This document shows, piece by piece, positions 40,101-45,333 of a stretch of 64,000 nt of DNA (the stretch's first letter is position 1; every line of letters starts with the position of its first letter). Source of the stretch: Owenia fusiformis (taxonomy: Eukaryota). The DNA is taken from positions 13,082,001 to 13,146,000 of the forward strand of contig CAIIXF020000001.1 of NCBI GenBank assembly GCA_903813345.2, written 5' to 3'. Below the pieces are notes generated by a model, which worked only from the letters and a program-made list of their open reading frames with translations, searched no databases and had not been told where the DNA came from. The position numbers were made by a program, and so were the translations under genes.

Positions 40101-43100
40101 ACTGAATTCAACAATGTTTTTCTCTTAAACCAATTATTGAAAACATTCTGTAAAAAAAACACAATCCTTTATGTAATGTTAACTGATTGACAACAATTTA
40201 ATGTGAAAATAATTTATATATATTTTATATAACTGTTTTTTTGTTAACATTTTTTGTTTTTTTAGTGTTTTGTGTTTTGTTTTTTGTTCCTTTCAGAATG
40301 AAATAAAATGTCTCTCCGAACCTTGTTGGAACAAAATAGCATATACAACATTTTCTTAGACCTCTCAATATTATAGTTATACAAAGGAAATTTTGGTTGA
40401 TTTAACAAAAAGTATGCAAAAATTAAAGCAAGCTCCCCAAAATAGTTAAAATTAAGATAAACCTTTTATTTTATTAACAAGATACTTTTTTAAGAACAAC
40501 CAAACTTTCCTCTGTACAATTACAATATTGAGAGACCTAAACGCATTGTCTTTATCTCATTTTGTTTCAATGGGGTTCGATAGATGTTTCATTACATTCC
40601 GAACATCTGGTACCAAGAACAAAAGAAGTGTCTGATGTGTTTTCTAAAACAGTATAGAGAAAAGTGTATATATTTCAAATTATAATGTTACCATCCAAAA
40701 GATGACCATTAAATTGATGATGTGTAAATTTTTCAGAATTTTTTAAGACTGGTATAAGAGAAATGTGTGTTCAAAAAGTTCACCATATCGATACCACTCC
40801 TTTCCATGATGTATTAGTACACAGCTTGGCATATGAAGTATCCTCCAAATGAAACAAAGCAGTTCTAAACTTCTAATACAAGGATTTATATTGGCTATTG
40901 TACATGCATTCTTTGATCAATCACTCTCTCGATAATGTTTTCAGAATCATTATAAACAGATTACTTTATCTCCAAGACAATTTCAATTAACTGGATTTTA
41001 CAAAATTTCCCTAATTTCTTAAAAATGGACTGATCCAGGTGACTTGCCTTGAGCCGCCATATTGTTTTTATACGGGAAGCTTATCGGAATCCTTTAAAGT
41101 TGATACTCTCACCTTTCAAATGGTATATTGAAAAATAAGGACAAAGTATTAAGGACAATTTGACTTACTTTCTCAACTTGACCTGATTTTTTTTAGCTCA
41201 CATGGTGAGCTATTGCATTGTAAAATGCCATGTCACTGTAAAGAGTAGTTGTATGAAATAATTCTGTTACAAACAATTGGCAAAAAATTATATCAATTTT
41301 TTTATTTTCTGCCATTTTAGCCATCATTCACTTTTGAGCAACACCATGTGTGCCCAGTACCCATGGTACTGTTTTCTATATTTTGCCTTATACCCAATAA
41401 TTGAATTGAAGGTATTGCAATTGAGAAATGATTACAAACAAGATTATTTAAAGCAAAATGATATTCTGTTTCTAGGTCTATTACCAGAAAATCTGGCCAC
41501 CATGCAGGAACTTTGTCTTACTGCACAGGGCTGCATTCTTCTGCTTATTATCAAGAACCACTTAAAGGACATGTATGGAATCTCTGACCAGTAAGTTCAC
41601 ACTTTCAGGCAATTTATTCTATGTACAGGAAATTTAACATGATTATGTAAATTTGTTTAAATCCAAAATAATCTAAATTGGAATGTGCTCACATTATGTG
41701 ATAATAAAGGATACAATCCAATACCAGGGCCGTCAGATGGGGGGGTGCGATGGGTGCGACCGCACCCCCCTTTGTCACCCCCAAAATAAATTTGTCAAAT
41801 TTTTTTTTGAAAAATATTTTTTTTGTAATTTTTTTTTCATTGACTCATACACTTTGAAAGTACCCAGAAAGCACCATATAGTATCTTAAAGTTGTAAAAT
41901 TTTCAAGGGGTATTGGCCACCCCTCACCCCCCCCCCACAAAACAATGGAAAAGTTCTGAGACACTTTTAAAGTGCCCAGATATCATCAAATAGCTCCTTG
42001 ATATAGTAAGTGTTTCTGGGGGACTTACTCCCCCTCTTGCATCTTGCACTTGCATAACCCCCCCCCCCCTCTGGCGCCCCCCTTGACCCCCCCAAAAAGT
42101 GATTTTCTCAAATTCTTTAATTGACCATACACTTTGAAAGTGCCCAGAAAGCATCAAATAGCGTCTTAAAATTGTAAAATTTTCTAGAGGGAGTGGGCCA
42201 CCCCTCACACCCCAAACAAAACAATGGAAAAGTTCTGAATTTGTTTATTTATCGTCTCAGACACTTTTTAAATTGCCCAGACATCATCAAATAGCTCCTT
42301 GATAAAGTTAATGATTCTGGAAGACTAACACTTACTCGCCCTCTGGCATCCCCACTCCACCTCCCCCTCTGGTATTGCCCCTTAACACCTCCCCCCCAAA
42401 AAAAAATTGAGATTTTTCAAATTTTTGTATTGACTCATACCCTTTGAAAGTGCCCAGAAAGCACCAAATAGCATCTTAAAATTGTAAAATTTTCTTGGGA
42501 AATAGGCACTTTTAGGCACAGACACTTTAAAAGTGCCTAAACTTCATCGAATAGCACCTTGATATTGTAAATTTTGATATGGGGGACAAACACTTGCCCC
42601 CCTCTGGCACCCCAGCCCCATCTCCCCCTCTGGCACCCCTTCCCCTCTGGCACCCCCCCCCTTTGACACCCCCAAAATTTGAAAAAAATTGTGATTGTTT
42701 TTCAATGTTTTTAAATTGTTAAATTTTCTAGGAGAGTTAGCCACCCCTCACATCCCCCACAAAACAAAAGAAAATATTCTGAATTTCATGTATTGTCTCA
42801 GACATTTTTTAAGTGCCCAGACATCATCAAATAGCACCTTGATATGGTCAATGTTTCTGGGGGACAACTCCTTGCTCACCTACTGGCACCCGACAACACT
42901 TCACCCTCTCATCCTCTTTGACACCCCCAAAAGAATTTGAAAAAAATTCACATTTTTCTTATTGACTCATAACGCACAGGCGTGCCAGATGGTTGCAAAT
43001 TCGCTCCAAATACAACCAAATTTCAAAATTTTCCTGGGGAAGAACCCCGAGACCCCCCGAATGCTCGGTTTTTTATTCACTCAACTCTTATTCCCGTGGT

Positions 43101-45333
43101 GGTGGCGTACTACTTAGAAACTTACACTTTGAAAGTGCCCAGAAAGCACCAAATAGCATCTCAAACTGGAAAATTTTCTAGGGGGAGTGGACCACTCCTC
43201 ACAACCCCACAAAACAATTGGAACGTTTGGAAGTTGCATGTATTTGTTAATTCCAAACCAATATAGGGAGTAACTGACCCCCCCCCCCCCCCTCTGTCTT
43301 AGGCGATTTGATTTACGCGGCAAAAAATGACAATTTTATATTCTCTTTAGTAAGCTAAAAACCGCACCCCCCTTGGAGAAAAGTGTTTTACGGGCCTGAA
43401 TACAATTATAAAATACAATGCAATCCAATGTAATACAATACAATACAATACATACATAGAACTGGAGTGGGAAATTCAGGGAATATTGTATTTTTTTAAT
43501 TGATGTGAGACCATAAAAAAATTATTTCATTACCTCTATTCTGCAGGAAAATAAACACATACTCGCCAAATGATGCAGCTAAAGTTAATGAAAAACCACT
43601 CAATCGAAAACGTGTTGTGAAGTTCAAACCAAAACAGGCAATCGGTATACTGAAGCAGGGACCCCCAGAAACTTATGTAGATGATGAGATGAAGAGAAAA
43701 ATTGCTGAGGAGTACTTAGGGGTAAGCCTACAGCGATCTTGAATTTTTAATTGCATATGCAGTGAATAAAGCTCTATGGAAACCAGTTTAGTAAAAATGA
43801 AAATTGTTTATCTAAGGGGAACATGTAGTTAATGCTAGCTTACAAAAGGCATAATAATTGCTTAACTATGTCACAAGATTTATATCCAGTAATATCTGTT
43901 TCTTTGTTTCAGTTCAAGCAGCTGATGGACAGTATTGACCCCCAGGATGGTAGCGATGATGGAAGTACAGGGCGTCAGACCCCTGCCACTCGGGCATTTC
44001 AGAGTGGCACACCTGGAGGTTCTGGTACCCCTAGGGGGAGTGAAACCACACCCCCTTCAGCCTCAGTTCCACCTCCCCAGGAGAGCAACCATAATACCCC
44101 ACCCCATCAGGATACCCCAGGGGGTACCCCAGGGACTTCAGGGCAACAAGGCCCTATTAAAATCACAATCCGGTTACCTATGGGGCCTGGTGCCCAGAAT
44201 GACTCTGAAGAAGAAGATGAAACAGAGGACAATCAAAGTATGGTGTCAGGGGGCACCACTGGGAGGAGCATAGCTTCAGGCCCAACTCATAGTGTTGCAT
44301 CTGTAGATAGCTTTGAACCAAAGGTATGTATTCAAGTGCCTGATTTCTAATAAAAAACTGTCCTTTTCTCCCAACCTATGGATCTACATTGTAGTGCATT
44401 TTTAATGGTCCTGTCAGCAACAATATTTAAAATCTTTTAAAACGCTTCTTTGAAATTGATTTATTCATACCAAGATCTTACTGTTTTGTTATACACTTGT
44501 GAGCAGGGAAGGAAAGCCAAGAACATAAAGAAAGGGCTTTCAAAATCCAAAACACTGGCCAAAGTTTCAAAAGCCAAAACACTGGCCAAAGTTTCAAAAC
44601 CCAAACAGACCAAAGCAACTTCTAAATCAAAGAAAAATCAAAACCAAAGGAGAAGAAAATAGGTTACTAGTAATTAGAATAAGCTCTTGTAAGGTTGCAT
44701 ACACATTTGTTGAGTTTTCCTTATTTGTTCATTATGTTTTGGTTTGTTTGTTGTTAGCATATACTTTATCAGATAATTGATAATATTTTATGATCAGAAC
44801 GTATTTGACATTAATTTGGAGCTATTTTTTTTTATTTATAGTAAGTTTATTTTATTTTCACAAAAATCAATAATTGTATTGTATTAATTTGGAGCCATTT
44901 ATCATTATGATCAAACTAACTTAGTAATAGGCCTAGTGACATTATTGTTATAGGCACCATAATTTGTAACCTGCATTTGTGTTGGTGGCTTAAATAAAAG
45001 ATCTCAATTTTGTAATTGCAACCAGGTTGTGACATTTTGTGATGTTAAAGACTGATCGTTTGGGCTGTATCGACAGTTATTACTGACAAAGAATTTGGCT
45101 TATTCGGCACTTTTTGTTTATTAAGTAAAATGTATTTTAAAACTTTATTTGAAAATTCTGAATTGTTATTCATATTATTTCAGGCAAAAGAAAGACGAAG
45201 ATCTAAATCAAAATCTCATAAGAAATCCAAGTCCCACAAAAAGAAGAGCAAGAAAAAGAAGAGGAGATACAGCTATAGTGATGAAGAAGAGGATGATAGT
45301 GATGATTCAGAGGACCCAGATTTCACATATTGA
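4101..45333 (+). CDS. NIPBL: Nipped-B-like protein (NIPBL/Scc2, cohesin loader), 44 coding exons, about 2184 aa
   Basis: Spliced translation matches recalled NIPBL motifs: N-terminal MNGEVPSVPITTLAGITSLTDLLPELPLPSPLP, DYRPLFENFVQDLLTTVNKPEWPAAEL, DTGISVRKRVIK, EDLKEMGDIQSGMAS, QGLVHPVQCVPYLIA. All introns are GT-AG with consistent phases. The CDS sums to 6555 nt including the stop. Exons are listed separately. Confidence 0.97.
4205..6048 (+). mobile_element. Helentron-associated (HINE/pearl-like) element, family A, with internal tandem repeats
   Basis: Begins after a T-run with gtcacca...tggtg; ends ggtggtgacattttgtcatgttaatgccttgtt; degenerate core repeats ttcaaatctga...tttgacc. Confidence 0.7.
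4413..5380 (+). mobile_element. HINE/pearl-like element nested in the family A copy
   Basis: 5' gctcacagagtgagc, (ccgt)n microsatellite, 3' gtgagc plus hairpin aggacc-gtg-ggtcct, flanked by T-runs. Confidence 0.75.
6351..6519 (+). CDS. NIPBL: NIPBL exon 2
   Basis: LPELPLPSPLPQTVNNKSLLFHPKV; ag/gtaagt. Confidence 0.95.
6722..6834 (+). CDS. NIPBL: NIPBL exon 3
   Basis: ELKDKALGSDSIQGDVPDLLRAILAQNSNVF; ag/gtaagt. Confidence 0.93.
7019..7106 (+). CDS. NIPBL: NIPBL exon 4
   Basis: VPVRSPYYQQQSPYQ; phase-consistent ag/gtatgg. Confidence 0.85.
7246..7364 (+). CDS. NIPBL: NIPBL exon 5
   Basis: YQQPGYGSPNRYPQ; phase-consistent ag/gtaaat. Confidence 0.85.
7834..7899 (+). CDS. NIPBL: NIPBL exon 6
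   Basis: GTMNGGVPVPRPSQ; 66 nt, ag/gtacat. Confidence 0.75.
8276..8577 (+). CDS. NIPBL: NIPBL exon 7 (contains PxVxL motif PVVML)
   Basis: TPQTVVSPPKD...EPVVMLKPLDAD; ag/gtaagt. Confidence 0.9.
8834..8977 (+). CDS. NIPBL: NIPBL exon 8
   Basis: EIAKQLSKHKSKK...RDRDRHSSSK; ag/gtatag. Confidence 0.87.
9107..10196 (+). mobile_element. Internally deleted mariner element with TA TSD and about 190-bp imperfect TIRs
   Basis: TA|cgaggggtgatccaaaagtcttggacgccc at both ends. Frameshifted transposase remnants at 9541-9857: LPYAPYSLMALCD (YSPDLAPxD-like), FFLFSKLKEGLK, YEKCVQIHGKYVEK*. Confidence 0.9.
10441..10477 (+). CDS. NIPBL: NIPBL exon 9
   Basis: YQGLKLMSPSVK; strong polypyrimidine tract plus cag, donor gtaagt; needed for the phase 0 to 1 change. 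Confidence 0.82.
10934..11191 (+). CDS. NIPBL: NIPBL exon 10 (candidate cassette exon, Lys-rich)
   Basis: 258 nt, symmetric phase 1-1, open: SEDKENVGRGKGRRTRGKRVTWEPQMKKIQ...; weaker sites tag/gtttgt. Confidence 0.6.
11696..12156. mobile_element. hAT-type MITE
   Basis: TIR taggggtgagacga / tcgtctcaccccta; 8-bp TSD ctgtttac; subterminal gattcgagtc repeats. Confidence 0.92.
12396..12473 (+). CDS. NIPBL: NIPBL exon 11
   Basis: LRIDPKDEKMMRDLKRKH; ag/gtgagt. Confidence 0.85.
12724..12900 (+). CDS. NIPBL: NIPBL exon 12
   Basis: KRSKYDEHDEFDAY...SESEME; cag/gtaagt. Confidence 0.9.
13629..13793 (+). CDS. NIPBL: NIPBL exon 13
   Basis: LTIEELMETPQFKRFTHAIETVIENAED. Confidence 0.93.
13921..14027 (+). 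CDS. NIPBL: NIPBL exon 14
   Basis: PPEALIHKSLLNDLANEAAKLKSM. Confidence 0.93.
14167..14998. mobile_element. Kolobok-like non-autonomous DNA transposon
   Basis: TTAA flanks; TIR agtccccgtctaaagttt / aaactttacatggggcct. Confidence 0.7.
15210..15296 (+). CDS. NIPBL: NIPBL exon 15
   Basis: VPSDRLVKLLTILQINIRDGAKL. Confidence 0.93.
16357..16591 (+). CDS. NIPBL: NIPBL exon 16
   Basis: LWRELTLERVLKSVD...FPEFDPVYR. Confidence 0.95.
16876..17030 (+). CDS. NIPBL: NIPBL exon 17
   Basis: SSKQKRARAK...LYNKLCE...LTDTSILQ. Confidence 0.95.
17283..17464 (+). CDS. NIPBL: NIPBL exon 18
   Basis: PFFVENVSELQLNALKLVTSIFSHYEKHRQLI. Confidence 0.95.
17505..17912. mobile_element. piggyBac-type MITE
   Basis: TTAA|cccttaaacggttagg ... 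cctaaccatttaaggg|TTAA. Confidence 0.85.
18075..18210 (+). CDS. NIPBL: NIPBL exon 19
   Basis: SIQMVTALVLNLIQSVIILP. Confidence 0.93.
18496..19975. mobile_element. Possible Kolobok-like element hosting the 18709 MITE
   Basis: TTAA|ag ... ct|TTAA ends with only weak TIR similarity; CpG-rich interior. Confidence 0.35.
18709..19662. mobile_element. hAT-type non-autonomous element
   Basis: TIR taggggtcaaacggtt / aaccgtttgacccta; 8-bp TSD ctatttat; subterminal aaccg repeats. Confidence 0.9.
20029..20111 (+). CDS. NIPBL: NIPBL exon 20
   Basis: VDKEVVIVTSYETGMRTAHSF. Confidence 0.93.
20510..20642 (+). CDS. NIPBL: NIPBL exon 21
   Basis: EDVDYRPLFENFVQDLLTTVNKPEWPAAELMLSLLGKLL. Confidence 0.96.
21077..21220 (+). 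CDS. NIPBL: NIPBL exon 22
   Basis: VQQFSNKSVDMSMRVASLDYLGIVAARLRKD. Confidence 0.96.
21369..21446 (+). CDS. NIPBL: NIPBL exon 23
   Basis: MYENNSDDEDSEKEED; 78 nt, phase 0-0. Confidence 0.8.
21517..23513 (+). mobile_element. 5'-truncated non-LTR retrotransposon (LINE; RTE-X/CR1-group-like, clade unresolved) in NIPBL intron 23
   Basis: Begins abruptly in RT subdomain 0/1 with no endonuclease. The 3' UTR has stem-loop ctcat-ataa-atgag (23475-23488), AATAAA (23491) and a (caata)n tail. Confidence 0.9.
21526..23355 (+). CDS. LINE ORF2 fragment: reverse transcriptase plus C-terminal zinc-finger-like motif
   Basis: 609 aa uninterrupted: IPILKAG-KD...NSRGITL, LDIRKAFDTV, QGVHQGGVLS, YADD, CILCNLCETETIEHFILRCP. 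Confidence 0.9.
   Translation: MNFRFGILIPILKAGNKDPCNKDNSRGITLMNMLRKVYDHIVLKRIGSLAKNIMPNLQGASQSHCSAVHTSLLVQETIAHNVEKHRNVILATLDIRKAFDTVWLDGLMVKLHKLGIRGKLWRMLYDNYHKYECAVRVGSSNTLSKPFNVMQGVHQGGVLSMLFYQLYMADLIQDLCEMNIGGHIDDVNCVCPSYADDMTIIATNQKDMQLMLNAAFEHSRRWRYEIHPAKCNFLTFNDMVTDSSVKGHVVLKIGDTRIPKVNFTVHVGIPISSKNDISQYVNDRCTSGKRKFCSLLGLGHKTGGLSPLTASKLYWAFSIPTMLFGAPVINYQASDVEKLELTHREIGKRIQFFPKTSANPSATMPLGWLSIDGYITVLQMMYLWSLLRFNNIYRDITITRLVKMFHVTYDNHADIFSPIRRIFLKTKMLGIENLVKNALDSGYLPSKRSWRLQIVNAVRSVEVKQFFLQCSCYGKLSYLRDYVTDLKPCIWWLICQKYPKCQSQCKTMMQLICNAHVLNTNNFNGSKRCILCNLCETETIEHFILRCPMYEPYRHNIFEALGCRGDSMGVIMKKVLGLSDVSCETLIIVSSCVHKMYNHRANLLALLDT
23655..23744 (+). CDS. NIPBL: NIPBL exon 24
   Basis: TEKLQKAMLNYLVFNGQNDPSL. 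Confidence 0.92.
24032..24237 (+). CDS. NIPBL: NIPBL exon 25
   Basis: FARSFYISQWFRDTTVEMEK. Confidence 0.95.
24501..24600 (+). CDS. NIPBL: NIPBL exon 26
   Basis: DDACFVARFLASNRPFSHSFDIYLTQ. Confidence 0.95.
24845..24943 (+). CDS. NIPBL: NIPBL exon 27 (HEAT repeat region)
   Basis: ILRVLSETAVAVRTKAMKCLTAVVEADPSILAR. Confidence 0.96.
25093..25239 (+). CDS. NIPBL: NIPBL exon 28
   Basis: DMQKGVHGRFLDQSTSVREAAIELVGKF. Confidence 0.96.
25464..25598 (+). CDS. NIPBL: NIPBL exon 29
   Basis: DTGISVRKRVIKIFRDICVEQPDF. Confidence 0.96.
25840..25992 (+). CDS. NIPBL: NIPBL exon 30
   Basis: KLVNEVFQTMWFT...GFEWLEQLL. Confidence 0.95.
26305..26413 (+). CDS. NIPBL: NIPBL exon 31
   Basis: VEHACRQIVDCLIDNVLALEE. 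Confidence 0.94.
26661..26797 (+). CDS. NIPBL: NIPBL exon 32
   Basis: RLVSCLSTLYLFSKMKPDLMVAHATTLQPYL. Confidence 0.95.
27116..27256 (+). CDS. NIPBL: NIPBL exon 33
   Basis: NVARILELVVPLMSNPSESFLSQLEEDLMKLILKHG. Confidence 0.95.
27987..28080 (+). CDS. NIPBL: NIPBL exon 34
   Basis: VLQSCVSCLGGVVNKVTKNFKLV. Confidence 0.95.
28517..28759 (+). CDS. NIPBL: NIPBL exon 35
   Basis: LLRSLFTVGLLCKHFDFD...KALTGLG. Confidence 0.95.
28991..29164 (+). CDS. NIPBL: NIPBL exon 36
   Basis: LKCQVLRNLHLYLIEEE. Confidence 0.94.
29432..29730 (+). CDS. NIPBL: NIPBL exon 37
   Basis: EDLKEMGDIQSGMASTVMQIYLKQVL...QGLVHPVQCVPYLIA. Confidence 0.96.
30189..30404 (+). CDS. NIPBL: NIPBL exon 38 (Nipped-B C-terminal domain)
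   Basis: MKSLAGIKMSYKLQ...RAHRRAFLTSLLHLFDD. Confidence 0.95.
30648..30794 (+). CDS. NIPBL: NIPBL exon 39
   Basis: LLYVADNMAYFPFQHQDEPLFVIHTIDITVSVSG. Confidence 0.95.
30958..31039 (+). CDS. NIPBL: NIPBL exon 40
   Basis: ELYPDVQENEHGTKVFDDDDEDLD; donor gtaaga opens the 10.4-kb intron. Confidence 0.88.
31261..32197 (+). mobile_element. HINE family B copy 1 (3' subTIR and hairpin deleted)
   Basis: gctcacatggtgagc start, gtcc microsatellite and about 300-337-bp core repeats; ends abruptly in ggtactaattt. Confidence 0.8.
32230..33770 (-). pseudogene. Probable decayed class A GPCR, head-to-head with the intact GPCR
   Basis: Minus-strand translation with many stops: signal-like MKNSTIMLLVLLPP at 33770; TM1-like LIIYTLVLLANILGN (about 33151-33106); TM2-like ILLNTFELNDIL; TM3-like C...ADIILALHMP (to 32755); hydrophobic IIITILMTLLTF*I*FPCAI (about 32474-32412); RKATIF. 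Confidence 0.4.
34149..36623 (+). CDS. Intronless rhodopsin-class (class A) GPCR with signal peptide, 13-aa repeat stalk and Cys-rich ectodomain; nested in NIPBL intron 40
   Basis: 824-aa ORF with hydrophobic N-terminus and seven hydrophobic segments from about aa 518. Motifs: GLLGN (TM1), Cys at the top of TM3, SLDRYLAICKP (DRY at 35985-35993), LP (TM5), FFSVP (TM6), EHSVSLIVY and an FR helix-8 motif. The pattern resembles FMRFamide/peptide-receptor-like GPCRs. Confidence 0.9.
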   Translation: MISLVILISVFLQKSQQSNITSTDVISLEQSNITTTDAIRLEQSNITTTDAIRLEQSNITSTDVISLEQSNITTTDAIRLEQSNITTTDVISLEEFNITTTDAIHLEQYDITTTDAIRLEQSNTTTTDAICLEQSNITTTDEISLEEFNITTTDVIRLEQSNITSTDVISLEQSNITTTVAIRLEQSNITTTDAIRLEQSNITTTDAIRLEQSNITTTDEISLEEFNITTTDVISLEQSNITTTDAIRLEQSNITTTDAIRLEQSYITTTDAISLEQSNITTTDVISLEQSNITTTDAISLERSSITTTYVISLEQSNVTATDETAAIQSWTFESGTENPWMTSCMVALFSTVNKAKPYIEKKYPCSIPKDLVITRQNYYPLADACMAKYDYVEEDGVYAVLLIPPEANHYCKPDVPYFRQVTNEQLVKEAEEAAKDQQNSSVPTIFVCIQGTTGIDQDAYLTITCKIENETELTDEIVMKHCMMRPGWKYSQVDTPKDCVLKNAERENDMMTLSAPYYYVFSCTTFLGLLGNCLTLFAMAKAKPHPSRCYIVCLIITQNVYLLLAFFSSVMGLVSDYMALYTFMLYFCQAMSVLQFVCATLSTFMKVLSSLDRYLAICKPFSYRKFLMQKFSTKIYFGFFVTIVILGLWFTLQGLVLENTKSHVCEFELFSLRKMSEHQKYFIIFGVLVYLLPWLLIVVLSSITSRHLFNHSRARKKFNIRKNVNLADKSGWLNALRVTIHRSEVKATILMFSTILTYLFFSVPLMAAQIWFYTEQSSSVQLKLKVLFGAALLHTIEHSVSLIVYGVVVPQFRMLLKKVLLCR
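34200..35120 (+). repeat. Coding tandem repeat, 39-bp unit x about 23.5 (SNITTTDAIRLEQ)
   Basis: Unit tctaatatcacaaccacagatgcgatacgtttggaacaa repeated with no frameshift or stop. Confidence 0.97.
36821..37147 (+). mobile_element. HINE family C, 3'-truncated copy
   Basis: atcccaccgaatgaagttcgagggggatata start and core repeats homologous to 60833-62035. Confidence 0.75.
37625..39345 (+). mobile_element. HINE family B copy 2 (complete)
   Basis: 12-bp subTIR gctcacatggtg / caccatgtgagc; (gtct/gtcc)n; about 337-bp core repeats; 3' hairpin agtacc-cac-ggtact. Confidence 0.85.
40078..40801. mobile_element. Fold-back (whole-length palindromic) element
   Basis: 40085-40163 pairs with 40721-40795; 40362-40415 pairs with 40482-40534. 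Confidence 0.7.
41194..41371 (+). mobile_element. HINE family B copy 3 (minimal)
   Basis: gctcacatggtgagc ... caccatgtgtgc plus hairpin agtacc-cat-ggtact. Confidence 0.75.
41476..41590 (+). CDS. NIPBL: NIPBL exon 41
   Basis: LPENLATMQELCLTAQGCILLLIIKNHLKDMYGISD. Confidence 0.94.
41725..43398. mobile_element. hAT-like non-autonomous element with internal about 280-310-bp tandem repeats
   Basis: Termini cagggccgt / acgggcctg; cgcacccccc subterminal motif; repeated ctttgaaagtgcccagaaagca; lies in a (caata)n tract; TSD not clean. Confidence 0.6.
43399..43456. repeat. (CAATA)n microsatellite
   Basis: aatacaat...caatacaatacaatacataca. Confidence 0.8.
43547..43721 (+). CDS. NIPBL: NIPBL exon 42
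   Basis: KINTYSPNDAAKVNEKPLNRK. Confidence 0.94.
43913..44323 (+). CDS. NIPBL: NIPBL exon 43
   Basis: FKQLMDSIDP followed by a low-complexity G/T/P tail; cag/gtatgt. Confidence 0.9.
44507..44662 (+). CDS. NIPBL: Candidate alternative NIPBL last coding exon (Lys-rich, stop TAG)
   Basis: cag acceptor ends at 44506; in frame with exon 43; GRKAKNIKKGLSKSKTLAKVSKAKTLAKVSK...RRRK*. Confidence 0.5.
   Translation, partial: GRKAKNIKKGLSKSKTLAKVSKAKTLAKVSKPKQTKATSKSKKNQNQRRRK
45184..45333 (+). CDS. NIPBL: NIPBL exon 44 (terminal)
   Basis: tttcag acceptor; AKERRRSKSKSHKK...DDSEDPDFTY*. Confidence 0.85.
   Translation, partial: AKERRRSKSKSHKKSKSHKKKSKKKKRRYSYSDEEEDDSDDSEDPDFTY

Noticed and set aside
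41683-43323. Several short Gly/Pro-rich ORFs
   Set aside because: They arise from C/G runs of the hAT-like repeat element
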